Part shown: piece after piece, positions 38,566 through 46,720 of the stretch
How positions within the stretch are numbered: position 1 is the first letter of the stretch
How the letters are laid out: each line of letters opens with the position of its first letter
DNA from: an uncultured Spirochaetales bacterium
GTDB lineage: Bacteria > Spirochaetota > Spirochaetia > Treponematales > JBGSOB01
DNA length: 64,000 nucleotides
Assembly (NCBI GenBank): GCA_964399285.1
Contig: CAYNQK010000002.1
Location: 512 to 64,511 of the forward strand
Direction of reading: 5' to 3'
Translations under genes and position numbers: made by a program
The notes under the pieces: generated by a model
What the model saw: only the letters and a program-made list of their open reading frames with translations
Database searches by the model: none
Told to the model about the DNA's origin: nothing

Positions 38566-39281
38566 TCGTCGATTCTCACGTTTTCCGGCTTCACGCCGCA
38601 GGCGACCAGTCCGCCCTTGAACGCCTTGATCATGGCGGGGGGGCCGGAGAGAAAATAAAGCGGATCTTCCAAGTCGGCGGTCTCGTCCCGTATCGAACGG
38701 ATATCCAGCATGCCGCCGCGCATCCCGGCGCTTCTCTCGGGATCCTCCACGAAGAGGCTATATGTGAAATCCTTGCAAGAAGAGCCGCATCCGCGGATTT
38801 CGTCCAAGAAGAGCAGCTGATCTTCCTTCCTGGCTCCGTAATACAGCCTCACGGGAGCGGCGGCGCTTCCGAGCCCGGCGATCTCCTCAATGAACGGAAC
38901 GTAGGGCGAAACCCCCGTCCCGCCCGCTACGAGAACCACGCCCCGTCCGGCGTTCAAATCGATATGGAATTCCCCGTAAGGCAGTTTCAGCCATACGGTT
39001 TTCCCGACATCGAGCTCGGCCTCCATCCTGCGCGTATACGCGCCCTTCACGCTGTATACGATCGCGATCTCGTCGGCGCCGTAGCGCGACGCGATAGAGA
39101 AAACGCGCGATTCGGGCCAGAAGCCCCCGGCCGGATCGTAGTCCTCGAGGGTCATATGCAGGAATTGGCCGGACTTGAACCGCGGCACGCGCCCCTCGGG
39201 CTTGAGGCCGATTTCATACACTCCCTCGCCGTGGGGATCGATGCGGGACACCGCCGCTCGAAGCTTAACGGGATTGGCCAT
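38556..39281 (-). CDS. FNR-like FAD/NAD(P)H oxidoreductase (E3-like reductase lacking the ferredoxin domain)
   Basis: Start at the ATG at 39281. FAD motif RVFSIAS and NAD motif VLVAGGTGVSP. No N-terminal CxxxxCxxC 2Fe-2S domain. It lies directly upstream of rfbH with a 10-nt overlap. Confidence 0.7.
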   Translation of the reverse strand: MANPVKLRAAVSRIDPHGEGVYEIGLKPEGRVPRFKSGQFLHMTLEDYDPAGGFWPESRVFSIASRYGADEIAIVYSVKGAYTRRMEAELDVGKTVWLKLPYGEFHIDLNAGRGVVLVAGGTGVSPYVPFIEEIAGLGSAAAPVRLYYGARKEDQLLFLDEIRGCGSSCKDFTYSLFVEDPERSAGMRGGMLDIRSIRDETADLEDPLYFLSGPPAMIKAFKGGLVACGVKPENVRIDEWE

Positions 39282-40995
39282 CGCGCCATCCTTTCCCACC
39301 GAGCGCGCCCATCGCCTCATCGAACACGATCGCGCGGTCGAGGCTGGTTCCTTGATACGGAATACTCTTCATCAATTCGCCCTTGAGCAGGATCTCGCCC
39401 CCGGTCTCGAGCGCGATTCCCGCACCGCAGAGAGTCGCCATGGTAGGGGCCACGTCGACCAAGGATACGGCCTTCGCGCCAATGATCGCTGAACCCGGAG
39501 CTATGCCTTCTCCGAGGATGAACAAAGGAACATACCTCACGATATTCTGCCCGATGCGAATTTGAGAGCTCCGGTAAACCGGCTTCTCTATGAACGCCGG
39601 ATGATCCCCGTAAATGCAGACGATCGCGTCAGGAGCGATCTTCCTCAGCTCTTCGACGAAAACCCCGAGGCAGCCGTCGACGTAGGCCAGTGACCCGAAA
39701 TACGAGTCGACGAACGCGTCTCCCGTCCGTATCCCTCCCGCCGCCCGGACCTCGGGAGGGAGGAGATCGAAGGGATTGTGCGATGACATCGTGATGATAT
39801 AAGCGAGGAAGGGCCCCGTCGAAGCCCGCATCTTCTCGAGGGCGAAGGAGAAGGTGTCCTTATCCTCGGAACCCCACTTATACGTGCCCCCGCCGATATC
39901 CTTCTTGTCGTAGAACGCGTCGAATCCCATTCGCCTGTATACGCGATTCCTCGAGTAGAAAGTGCCGCTATTGCCGTGAAAAGCCATCGTCGAATAGCCC
40001 GCGCGCTTCAGCGCCGCGGCCAGGGAATTCGGATAATCGTGGTTCGGCGGCATCGGCCCGTCGGGAACGAATGAATTTATGACGCAGATTTCGCTATTGA
40101 GGGTTCCCGCTCCGGTATTGACGACCATCACCGGCGCGTAGAAGCCCTCATCGGCCGCGGAATCGAGGAACGGCGTCACGGGCTTGCCGCCTACCCGCGA
40201 CCCTCTCAGGCCCGAATCGAGCGACTCGACCTGGATGAACACCAAGCTCCTGGGCTTCGCGGCCGATTCCGTCTCATACCGGTCCAGGCCGGCATAATAA
40301 TCCTTTTGGCCGGGATTGAAGAGGACTCCGTGGAAGAACTGTATGAAAAGATTGGCGGCCGCGCCGTATTTGAGTACCGAGGAGTAATAATAGGGATCCC
40401 CGTACCTCAGCAAATGGCATATCGACACTCGCTTGGTCGCGTTATACGCCTCGGCGCTCAATAAGCCCGCGCATGACGCGATGACTACCGCCCGTCGAGC
40501 TACGATCGCCGGCTTCCATCGCAATCCATGGAACCACTCCTTGATTCGGCCCGACAGGAGGAACGCCGCGACGGACAAAGGAACCTCGAGGAGATGGGAG
40601 AATATCCTCCGAGTCGCCTCTCCGGTCCACTTATACATCCCCGACGCTATCATTCCTTCGAGGAAAAACGTTTTCACGATGTCGACGGTTATGAAATCCG
40701 CGAAGTGGGCGAAATAGAGGGCCGAAGCCACGCTCCAAACGGACCTCGCTCCTTGAAGAGCGAGAAGGATCCATGCGGGGCATTTTTTCATGAGCAGCAC
40801 GCGCGCGCACAACACCGCGCCGAGGGCGGTGTACGCGACCTTATACAGGACGTTCCTCGGATTCAAGAAGCCCGTGAACCAAAAGCCCGTCATGGAGATG
40901 TTAAAGATTATGAGGAGCAGATAGACTCCGGCGATCGTTAAGCCGAAGACCGGCGGCCCGTGCGGCCCGGCCTTTTCCGCGCCCTTCGCTTCCAT
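39265..40995 (-). CDS. LTA-synthase/sulfatase-family membrane transferase (phosphoglycerol or phosphoethanolamine transferase-like)
   Basis: Five or so N-terminal TMs precede an alkaline-phosphatase-superfamily domain (LVFIQVESLDSGL, MAFHGNSGTFYSRNRVY, ITMSSHNPF, IYGDH). I prefer the ATG at 40995, 1 nt past the fcl stop. The ATG at 41061 is an alternative. Confidence 0.75.
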   Translation of the reverse strand: MEAKGAEKAGPHGPPVFGLTIAGVYLLLIIFNISMTGFWFTGFLNPRNVLYKVAYTALGAVLCARVLLMKKCPAWILLALQGARSVWSVASALYFAHFADFITVDIVKTFFLEGMIASGMYKWTGEATRRIFSHLLEVPLSVAAFLLSGRIKEWFHGLRWKPAIVARRAVVIASCAGLLSAEAYNATKRVSICHLLRYGDPYYYSSVLKYGAAANLFIQFFHGVLFNPGQKDYYAGLDRYETESAAKPRSLVFIQVESLDSGLRGSRVGGKPVTPFLDSAADEGFYAPVMVVNTGAGTLNSEICVINSFVPDGPMPPNHDYPNSLAAALKRAGYSTMAFHGNSGTFYSRNRVYRRMGFDAFYDKKDIGGGTYKWGSEDKDTFSFALEKMRASTGPFLAYIITMSSHNPFDLLPPEVRAAGGIRTGDAFVDSYFGSLAYVDGCLGVFVEELRKIAPDAIVCIYGDHPAFIEKPVYRSSQIRIGQNIVRYVPLFILGEGIAPGSAIIGAKAVSLVDVAPTMATLCGAGIALETGGEILLKGELMKSIPYQGTSLDRAIVFDEAMGALGGKGWRDGQSR

Positions 40996-40996
40996 C

Positions 40997-41950
40997 TTAT
41001 GCCCGCCCGCCGCTCCCGAACCTCTCGAGGAAATCCGCATACGCGATCGGAATCCCCTCATCGAGCCCGACGAGCGGCTTCCATCCGAGAGCGGCGAGCC
41101 TCGATGAGTCCATGAGCTTCCGGGGCGTACCGTTCGGCTTGCTCGCGTCCCAGACGATTCTTCCCGTGAAGCCGATCACCTTGGCGACTTTCGCCGCCAG
41201 CTCCGCTATGGTGAGTTCGCTCTGCGACCCCACGTTGATGAAATCGCCCGTATCCGCGTAGGAAGCCTTCTCCATGAGAAAAACGATCGCGCGGGCGAGG
41301 TCGTCGGAAAAGAGGAATTCCCGGTAGGGGGTTCCGTCCCCCCAGAGAGTCGCGTCGGTCCCCGCGGCCTTGGCCTCGTGGATTTTGCGGATCATCGCCG
41401 GCAGGACGTGGCTCCCCGTCGGGTGATAGTTGTCGCCGGGGCCGTACATGTTGGTGGGCATGGCGCTTAAGAATTCGGCCCCGTACTGCTCGTGGTAATG
41501 CTTGCAGAGCCTGAGCGCCGCGATCTTCGCCACCGCGTACGCCTCGTTCGTCGGCTCGAGCGGTCCCGTGAGGAGGTACTCCTCCTTGAGCGGTTGGGGC
41601 GCCATCTTCGGATATATGCACGAGGAACCGAGGTTGAGGAGCTTCTTCACGCCGTACCGGTACGCGGAATTGATGACGTTGGATGCTATCATGATGTTGT
41701 CGTAGAGGAACTCGGCGGGGAAGGAGGAATTCGCCGCGATGCCGCCCACCTTGGCCGCGGCGAGAATGACGTACTCGGGGCGCTCGCTCTCGAAGAAGGC
41801 CTCGGCGTCGGCCTGGCGGCGGAGGTCGAGCTCCTTGATGCCCCTCGTCACGATGTTCGCGTAGCCCGCGGCGCGCAACGCCCGGAAGATGGCCGAGCCG
41901 ACGAGGCCGTCGTGCCCGGCGAGGTATATCTTCGAATTCCTTTCTATCAC
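40997..41950 (-). CDS. fcl: GDP-L-fucose synthase (GDP-4-keto-6-deoxymannose 3,5-epimerase/4-reductase)
   Basis: 317-aa ORF with a GTG start and GAGGGG 4 nt upstream. IYLAGHDGLVGSAI, LGSSCIYP and YAVAKIA are typical Fcl/WcaG motifs. It is adjacent to gmd. Confidence 0.92.
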   Translation of the reverse strand: MIERNSKIYLAGHDGLVGSAIFRALRAAGYANIVTRGIKELDLRRQADAEAFFESERPEYVILAAAKVGGIAANSSFPAEFLYDNIMIASNVINSAYRYGVKKLLNLGSSCIYPKMAPQPLKEEYLLTGPLEPTNEAYAVAKIAALRLCKHYHEQYGAEFLSAMPTNMYGPGDNYHPTGSHVLPAMIRKIHEAKAAGTDATLWGDGTPYREFLFSDDLARAIVFLMEKASYADTGDFINVGSQSELTIAELAAKVAKVIGFTGRIVWDASKPNGTPRKLMDSSRLAALGWKPLVGLDEGIPIAYADFLERFGSGGRA

Positions 41951-41957
41951 GTTCCCC

Positions 41958-43043
41958 TCACTCGAACCTGTTGCGCGTCTCGAAGCCGCCGTCCCGGAGG
42001 TGGACCTCGCGCTCCGCGTCCTTCAGGTCCGCTTCGACCATCATCTTGACGAGGCCCGCGAGGTCGACGCGGGGCTTCCATCCCAGCTCGCGCATCGCCT
42101 TGGAGGGATCTCCGATGAGGAGATCCACCTCGGTGGGCCGGAAGTAGCGCGGATCGACCTCCACGACGGTTTTTCCGGTCTTCTTGTCCAGGCCCTTCTC
42201 GTCGACGCCCGCGCCCTTCCACTCGAGCTCGATGCCCGCTTCCCGGAAGGCCATCCCGGTGAAATCGCGCACGGTCGTCGTGACGCCGGTGGCCATCACG
42301 TAGTCGCCGGGCTTTTCCTGCTGGAGCATGAGCCACATGAGCTCGACGTAATCGCCCGCGAAGCCCCAGTCCCGCTTGGCGCCGAGGTTGCCGATGAAGA
42401 GCTTTTCCTGGAGACCGTTCCTGATGCGGGCCGCGGCCCTCGTTATCTTCCTCGTCACGAAGGTCTCGCCGCGGCGAGGGCTCTCGTGGTTGAAGAGGAT
42501 GCCGTTGTTCGCGTGGATCCCGTAGGCCTCGCGGTAATTGACCGTGATCCAGTAAGCGTAGAGCTTGGCGCAGGCGTAGGGGCTCCTCGGATAGAAGGGC
42601 GTCGTCTCCTTCTGGGGCACCTCCTGGACGAGGCCGAAGAGCTCCGACGTGGAGGCTTGGTAGAACCGCGCTTTCTTCTCCAGGCCCAGGATCCTGATGG
42701 CTTCGAGGATGCGGAGCGTTCCGATCCCGTCCACGTCCGCGGTGTACTCCGGCTCCTCGAAGGAGACCTGGACGTGGCTCTGCGCCCCGAGGTTGTAGAT
42801 CTCGTCGGGCTGGATCTTCTTGATCAGCCGGATAATGGCGCTGGATTCGGAGAGATCGCCGTAGTGGAGGAAGAATCTGGCTCCTGAATCGTGGGGATCC
42901 TCGTAAATATGGTCTACCCGGTCGGTGTTGAAGGAAGACGCGCGGCGCTTGATGCCATGGACTTCATACCCTTTGGCGAGGAGGAATTCCGCGAGGTAGG
43001 AACCATCCTGTCCGGTGATGCCTGAAATAAGCGCTTTCTTCAT
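41958..43043 (-). CDS. gmd: GDP-mannose 4,6-dehydratase
   Basis: Start at the ATG at 43043 ([22 protein letters not shown]). Near-complete match to the conserved Gmd sequence ([35 protein letters not shown]). Confidence 0.95.
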   Translation of the reverse strand: MKKALISGITGQDGSYLAEFLLAKGYEVHGIKRRASSFNTDRVDHIYEDPHDSGARFFLHYGDLSESSAIIRLIKKIQPDEIYNLGAQSHVQVSFEEPEYTADVDGIGTLRILEAIRILGLEKKARFYQASTSELFGLVQEVPQKETTPFYPRSPYACAKLYAYWITVNYREAYGIHANNGILFNHESPRRGETFVTRKITRAAARIRNGLQEKLFIGNLGAKRDWGFAGDYVELMWLMLQQEKPGDYVMATGVTTTVRDFTGMAFREAGIELEWKGAGVDEKGLDKKTGKTVVEVDPRYFRPTEVDLLIGDPSKAMRELGWKPRVDLAGLVKMMVEADLKDAEREVHLRDGGFETRNRFE

Positions 43044-43233
43044 AATCCGACGCCTCTCTGGATCATGCCTCTCTCCCATACACCGCCGCGTTGGGGCGGA
43101 TTCTCTATATTCGTCGGATTCTCCTATAAAGCTTTCTATTTCTTTATATCAGATGTATTGCGCATAAGTCTTTCTCCGGGCTCGCCATATTCCGTGCAAT
43201 CTTCGTATTCCCATGCATCGAAGGCAAGCCCAG

Positions 43234-43279
43234 ATGTTCAGTTATTGAACATTATAGCACGCGGTTTATTGGGTATCAA
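43234..43279 (-). promoter_or_regulatory. Promoter of the 25-gene glycan operon (TTGATA-17-TATAAT) with an overlapping TGTTCA-N5-TGAACA operator
   Basis: The minus strand reads cTCTATTGATAcccaataaaccgcgtgcTATAATGTTCAATAACTGAACATctg. The -35 box is at 43274-43279, the -10 box at 43251-43256 and the palindrome at 43234-43252. This lies about 200 nt upstream of the gmd ATG, in an AT-rich gap. Confidence 0.7.
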
Positions 43280-43319
43280 TAGAGGAATCCGATGTGTATG
43301 TAGAGAAAGGATCGGGTTT

Positions 43320-43350
43320 CAGCGCGAGCATACCCCGATCGGTAACGCGA
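43320..43350 (-). terminator. Possible uvrC terminator hairpin
   Basis: GATCGGG / CCCGATC arms (43320-43326 and 43344-43350) with a 17-nt loop, 14 nt after the uvrC stop. On the minus strand a CTTTCTCT tract follows. The loop is long, so this is weak. Confidence 0.25.
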
Positions 43351-43363
43351 TATCCGCGGAATA

Positions 43364-45178
43364 CTACGCCTTCCCCTCGAATGCCTCCTTCACCTTCACC
43401 GCCACCTCGTAGGGGATGCCGGCCCGCTCGGCGACGGCCTCAGCGGCGGCCGACCTGAGGGCGGTGATCGAACCGAAGGCCGTGATGATCTTCTTGGCCC
43501 GGGCGGGCCCCACTCCCTCCACTTCCTCGAGCCGTTCGAGCCTCAAGGCCTTGGCCCTGAGCCGCTGGTTGAGCCCGGTGGCGAAGCGGTGGGTCTCGTC
43601 GCGAACGCGCTGGAGAAGGCGGAGGGCGGGCGAGTGGCGAGGAAGGACGATCGGCGTCGAGGCCCCGGGGAGCCAGAGCTCCTCGTCCCGCTTGGCGAGG
43701 CCGACGAGGTCCGCGTCGATCTCGAGGAGGTCGAAGACGCCCTTGGCGGCGTTCACCTGCCCGATGCCGCCGTCGATCAGGACGAGGTCCGGGAGTTCGG
43801 AGCCCTCGTTGAGGAGGCGGGAATAGCGGCGGCTCACGGCTTCGCGCATGGACTCGAAGTCGTCGATCTTCCCGTCGAGGCTCTTCAGGCGGAAGTAGCG
43901 GTAGTTCTTCTTGTCGGGCACGCCGTTCAGGAAGGACACGAGGGAGGCCACGGGATAGAGGCCGGAGAGTTGGGCGATGTCGAAGCCCTCGATCCGCATC
44001 GGGGAGCGGTCCAGCGAGAGCGCGGCCTTGAGGGCCTCGACGGCCTCAGGGTCTCCGCCCTCGCGGAGCCGCCGCGCGATGTCCTCGCGGGCGTTCTGCG
44101 CGGCCAGGTCGAGGGCGGCGCGGTGGCGCTTCTCGTCGGCGGGCGGGAAGGACGCGGCGGCGCCGAGCTCCTTCTGGAACCATTCGCCCGCGAGGGCGGC
44201 GTCCGGCGGGCGATCGCCTTCGCCGGCCATGAGGTAGACCGCGGGAGGGGGTTTCCGGTCGGGGCCGTAGTAGGAGAGGAGGAAATCATGGAGGGTCTCG
44301 GCCTCGTCGGAAAGCGAGCGGGACCGGAACACGTCCCGGCCGGACATCCTTCCCCCGCGCATCTGGATGGCCACGAAGCTCACGAGGGGCCCGTCGGATG
44401 CCCAGGCGATGTAGTCGCGGTCGGCGGGATCGAAGTCGTAGACCTCGTTCTCGGGCTTGAAGGTCCTGATGGCCTTGATGGCGTCGCGGAGCTCGGCGGC
44501 GGCCTCGAAGCGCTTGGCCTCGGCCTCGGCCGCCATCCGCGCCTCGAGCTCGGCCACGAGGGCGTCGGCATCGCCGCCCAGGAGCTTGGCCGCCCGCTCC
44601 ACGATGACGGCGTAGTCCTCCTTGGAGATCTTCCCCGCGCAGGGGCCGGAACAGCGCCCGATGTGGTAGTACATGCAGGGCGACTCGCGCTTGCGCATGA
44701 CCCTGCAGCGCCTGAGGGGGAAGAGCTTCTCCACGAGCTTCAGGTAGGCGTCGATGACCTGGGCGCCGGCGAAGGGCCCGAAATACCGGGACCCGTCCTG
44801 GATCACCCGCCTGGTACGGAAGATCCGGGGGAATTCCTCGCCGGTGATCCTGATGGACGGGTAGGTCTTCCCGTCCTTGAGGTTGATGTTGTAGCGGGGG
44901 GAGTGCTGCTTGATGAGGGTGTTCTCGAGGAGCAGGGCTTCATACTCGTCCTTGGTGACGATATACTCGATCTGCTCGATGCGGGAGACGAGGACCCTCG
45001 TCTTGACGTCCTTCTGGCCCGTGAAATACGAGGAAAGGCGGTCCCGGAGCGTCTTGGCCTTGCCGATGTAGATGATCGCCCCGTCGCCGTCCCGCATCAC
45101 GTAGACCCCGCTCGAGGCGGGGGCCGAGCGGGCGACGGCCTTGAGGCGGGCTAATTTTCCTGTGTCGGCTTCAGCCAT
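43364..45178 (-). CDS. uvrC: Excinuclease ABC subunit C
   Basis: 604-aa ORF with a GIY-YIG N terminus (GVYVMRDGDGAIIYIGKAKTLRDRLSSYF), a UVR domain, an endonuclease V-like domain and a C-terminal (HhH)2 motif (LEEVEGVGPARAKKI). Confidence 0.95.
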   Translation of the reverse strand: MAEADTGKLARLKAVARSAPASSGVYVMRDGDGAIIYIGKAKTLRDRLSSYFTGQKDVKTRVLVSRIEQIEYIVTKDEYEALLLENTLIKQHSPRYNINLKDGKTYPSIRITGEEFPRIFRTRRVIQDGSRYFGPFAGAQVIDAYLKLVEKLFPLRRCRVMRKRESPCMYYHIGRCSGPCAGKISKEDYAVIVERAAKLLGGDADALVAELEARMAAEAEAKRFEAAAELRDAIKAIRTFKPENEVYDFDPADRDYIAWASDGPLVSFVAIQMRGGRMSGRDVFRSRSLSDEAETLHDFLLSYYGPDRKPPPAVYLMAGEGDRPPDAALAGEWFQKELGAAASFPPADEKRHRAALDLAAQNAREDIARRLREGGDPEAVEALKAALSLDRSPMRIEGFDIAQLSGLYPVASLVSFLNGVPDKKNYRYFRLKSLDGKIDDFESMREAVSRRYSRLLNEGSELPDLVLIDGGIGQVNAAKGVFDLLEIDADLVGLAKRDEELWLPGASTPIVLPRHSPALRLLQRVRDETHRFATGLNQRLRAKALRLERLEEVEGVGPARAKKIITAFGSITALRSAAAEAVAERAGIPYEVAVKVKEAFEGKA

Positions 45179-45193
45179 GGGTTCCGATATTCA

Positions 45194-46720
45194 ATGTACA
45201 GGGAAACCGTGGGAAAGATAAACCGTCCGCCCCTTCGCGGGATCGCCGCCGCCTGCGCCCTCCTCCTCTCCGGGGGGGCGCTCTCCGCGCAGGAGACGAC
45301 CGCCCGCATGGTTCCGGGCCAGCGCCCTCCCCGCGCCCTGTCCGACTGGGAGGCCCGGAACGCCGTCTTGAGGCCCTCGCCCGCCGGAGGCTCGGAATAC
45401 ATCGTCGGCGGCGCCTCCTACGAAGCGGACGAGTCCACGGATCTCCTCCTCCATTTCGAGGACGCGAAGGCCTTCGGCCCGTACGCGGCGGCGAGCGTGG
45501 CCTCCTTCGAGCGCGGCCCTGGCAGGATCGGCGCCGGAGCCGCCCGCTTCAAGGGACCGGGCGGAGGCGTCTCCCTGGCGCCGGGCCGCGGCGCCCTCCT
45601 CTCCGCGGGCTCCGAGCCCGGCTCCTTCAGCCTGGAATTCTGGATCCGTCCCGCCAACGCGGAGGACGGGGACGCGGTCCTCTCGTGGAGCGCCGGGCGC
45701 TGGATCGGCAAGCGGCAGGAGGTCCAGTCGATCGGCGCGGAATTCGACGGCGGCAGGCTCGTCTTCTCCGTCAAGAACGTCTTCACGTCGCGCAAGGGCG
45801 CGGGATTGTCCGTCATCCTACGGGGCAGGACCCTCCTCGTCCCGGGTTCCTGGAGCCACCACCTCCTCCGCTTCGACTACGAGACGGGCCTCGTGGAATA
45901 CCTGATGAACGGCAGGCCCGAGGCGATCGCCCACGCGACGGAAACGGGCGACGAGAGCTCCGCGGTCTGCGAGCCCGCCATAGGAGGCACCGGCCTCCTC
46001 GTCCTCGGCCCCTCCTTCCGGGGATCGATGGACGAATTCCGGATCAGCCGGGCCTTCGTCGAGAAGCCGGCGCTCAAGGCGTTCAGGAGCGAGGGCGCGG
46101 AGATCCTCTCCCCCATCCTGGACCTCGGGAGCTCCGGCTCGCGCCTCGTCTCGGCCGACGTGAAGCGGATCGTCGAGGGCACGCAGGGAGCCGAATACTT
46201 CTACCGCCTCGCGGAGGATTATGCGGGCTGGACCGACGACATGCCGGCCTGGACGCCCTTCGAGCCGGGCGCCGCGGCGCCGCTCGACGCGACGGGCCGC
46301 TACGCGCAGGTCTCCGTACGGCTCTATCCGGACGGCTCCGGCGAAACCTCGCCCGCGCTCAGGGCGATCGACCTCCGCTACCGGCCGGATCCGCCGCCGC
46401 CGCCGCCCGCCCGCGTCATCCTGGTCCCGGGGGACGGCGAGATCCTCGTCTCCTGGACGCGCGTCCCCGAGGCCGACGTGGCGGGGTATCGCGTCTACTA
46501 CGGCGAGGGATCGCGTTCCTACGGCTCCTCCGACAGCGCGCAGGGCCGGAGCCCGATCGACGCGGGGAACGCGACCTCGATCAGGCTCACCGGCCTCGTG
46601 AACGGCAAGCTCTATTACGTTTCCGTGGCGGCGTACGAGCTCGGCGGCGGCTCGGCCCCCTTCGAAGAGGGCGAATTTTCCATGGAGGCGAACGCCCGGC
46701 CTCTCAGGAAGGCCCGGTAG
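45194..46720 (+). CDS. Secreted LamG-like (concanavalin-A-type) jelly-roll plus fibronectin-III domain protein
   Basis: 508-aa ORF with a signal peptide (GIAAACALLLSGGALSA). The LamG-like segment reads FSLEFWIRP...DEFRISRAF. After a poly-Pro linker there is an FN3-like segment (VSWTRVPEADVAGYRVYYG...KLYYVSVAAY). Confidence 0.6.
   Translation: MYRETVGKINRPPLRGIAAACALLLSGGALSAQETTARMVPGQRPPRALSDWEARNAVLRPSPAGGSEYIVGGASYEADESTDLLLHFEDAKAFGPYAAASVASFERGPGRIGAGAARFKGPGGGVSLAPGRGALLSAGSEPGSFSLEFWIRPANAEDGDAVLSWSAGRWIGKRQEVQSIGAEFDGGRLVFSVKNVFTSRKGAGLSVILRGRTLLVPGSWSHHLLRFDYETGLVEYLMNGRPEAIAHATETGDESSAVCEPAIGGTGLLVLGPSFRGSMDEFRISRAFVEKPALKAFRSEGAEILSPILDLGSSGSRLVSADVKRIVEGTQGAEYFYRLAEDYAGWTDDMPAWTPFEPGAAAPLDATGRYAQVSVRLYPDGSGETSPALRAIDLRYRPDPPPPPPARVILVPGDGEILVSWTRVPEADVAGYRVYYGEGSRSYGSSDSAQGRSPIDAGNATSIRLTGLVNGKLYYVSVAAYELGGGSAPFEEGEFSMEANARPLRKAR

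Noticed and set aside
43080-43087. GGCGGTGT in the gmd leader (minus strand), resembling the RfaH ops element GGCGGTAG.
   Set aside because: Only 6 contiguous bases match. ops/RfaH is a proteobacterial system, and GC-rich hexamers are common here, so the evidence is insufficient.
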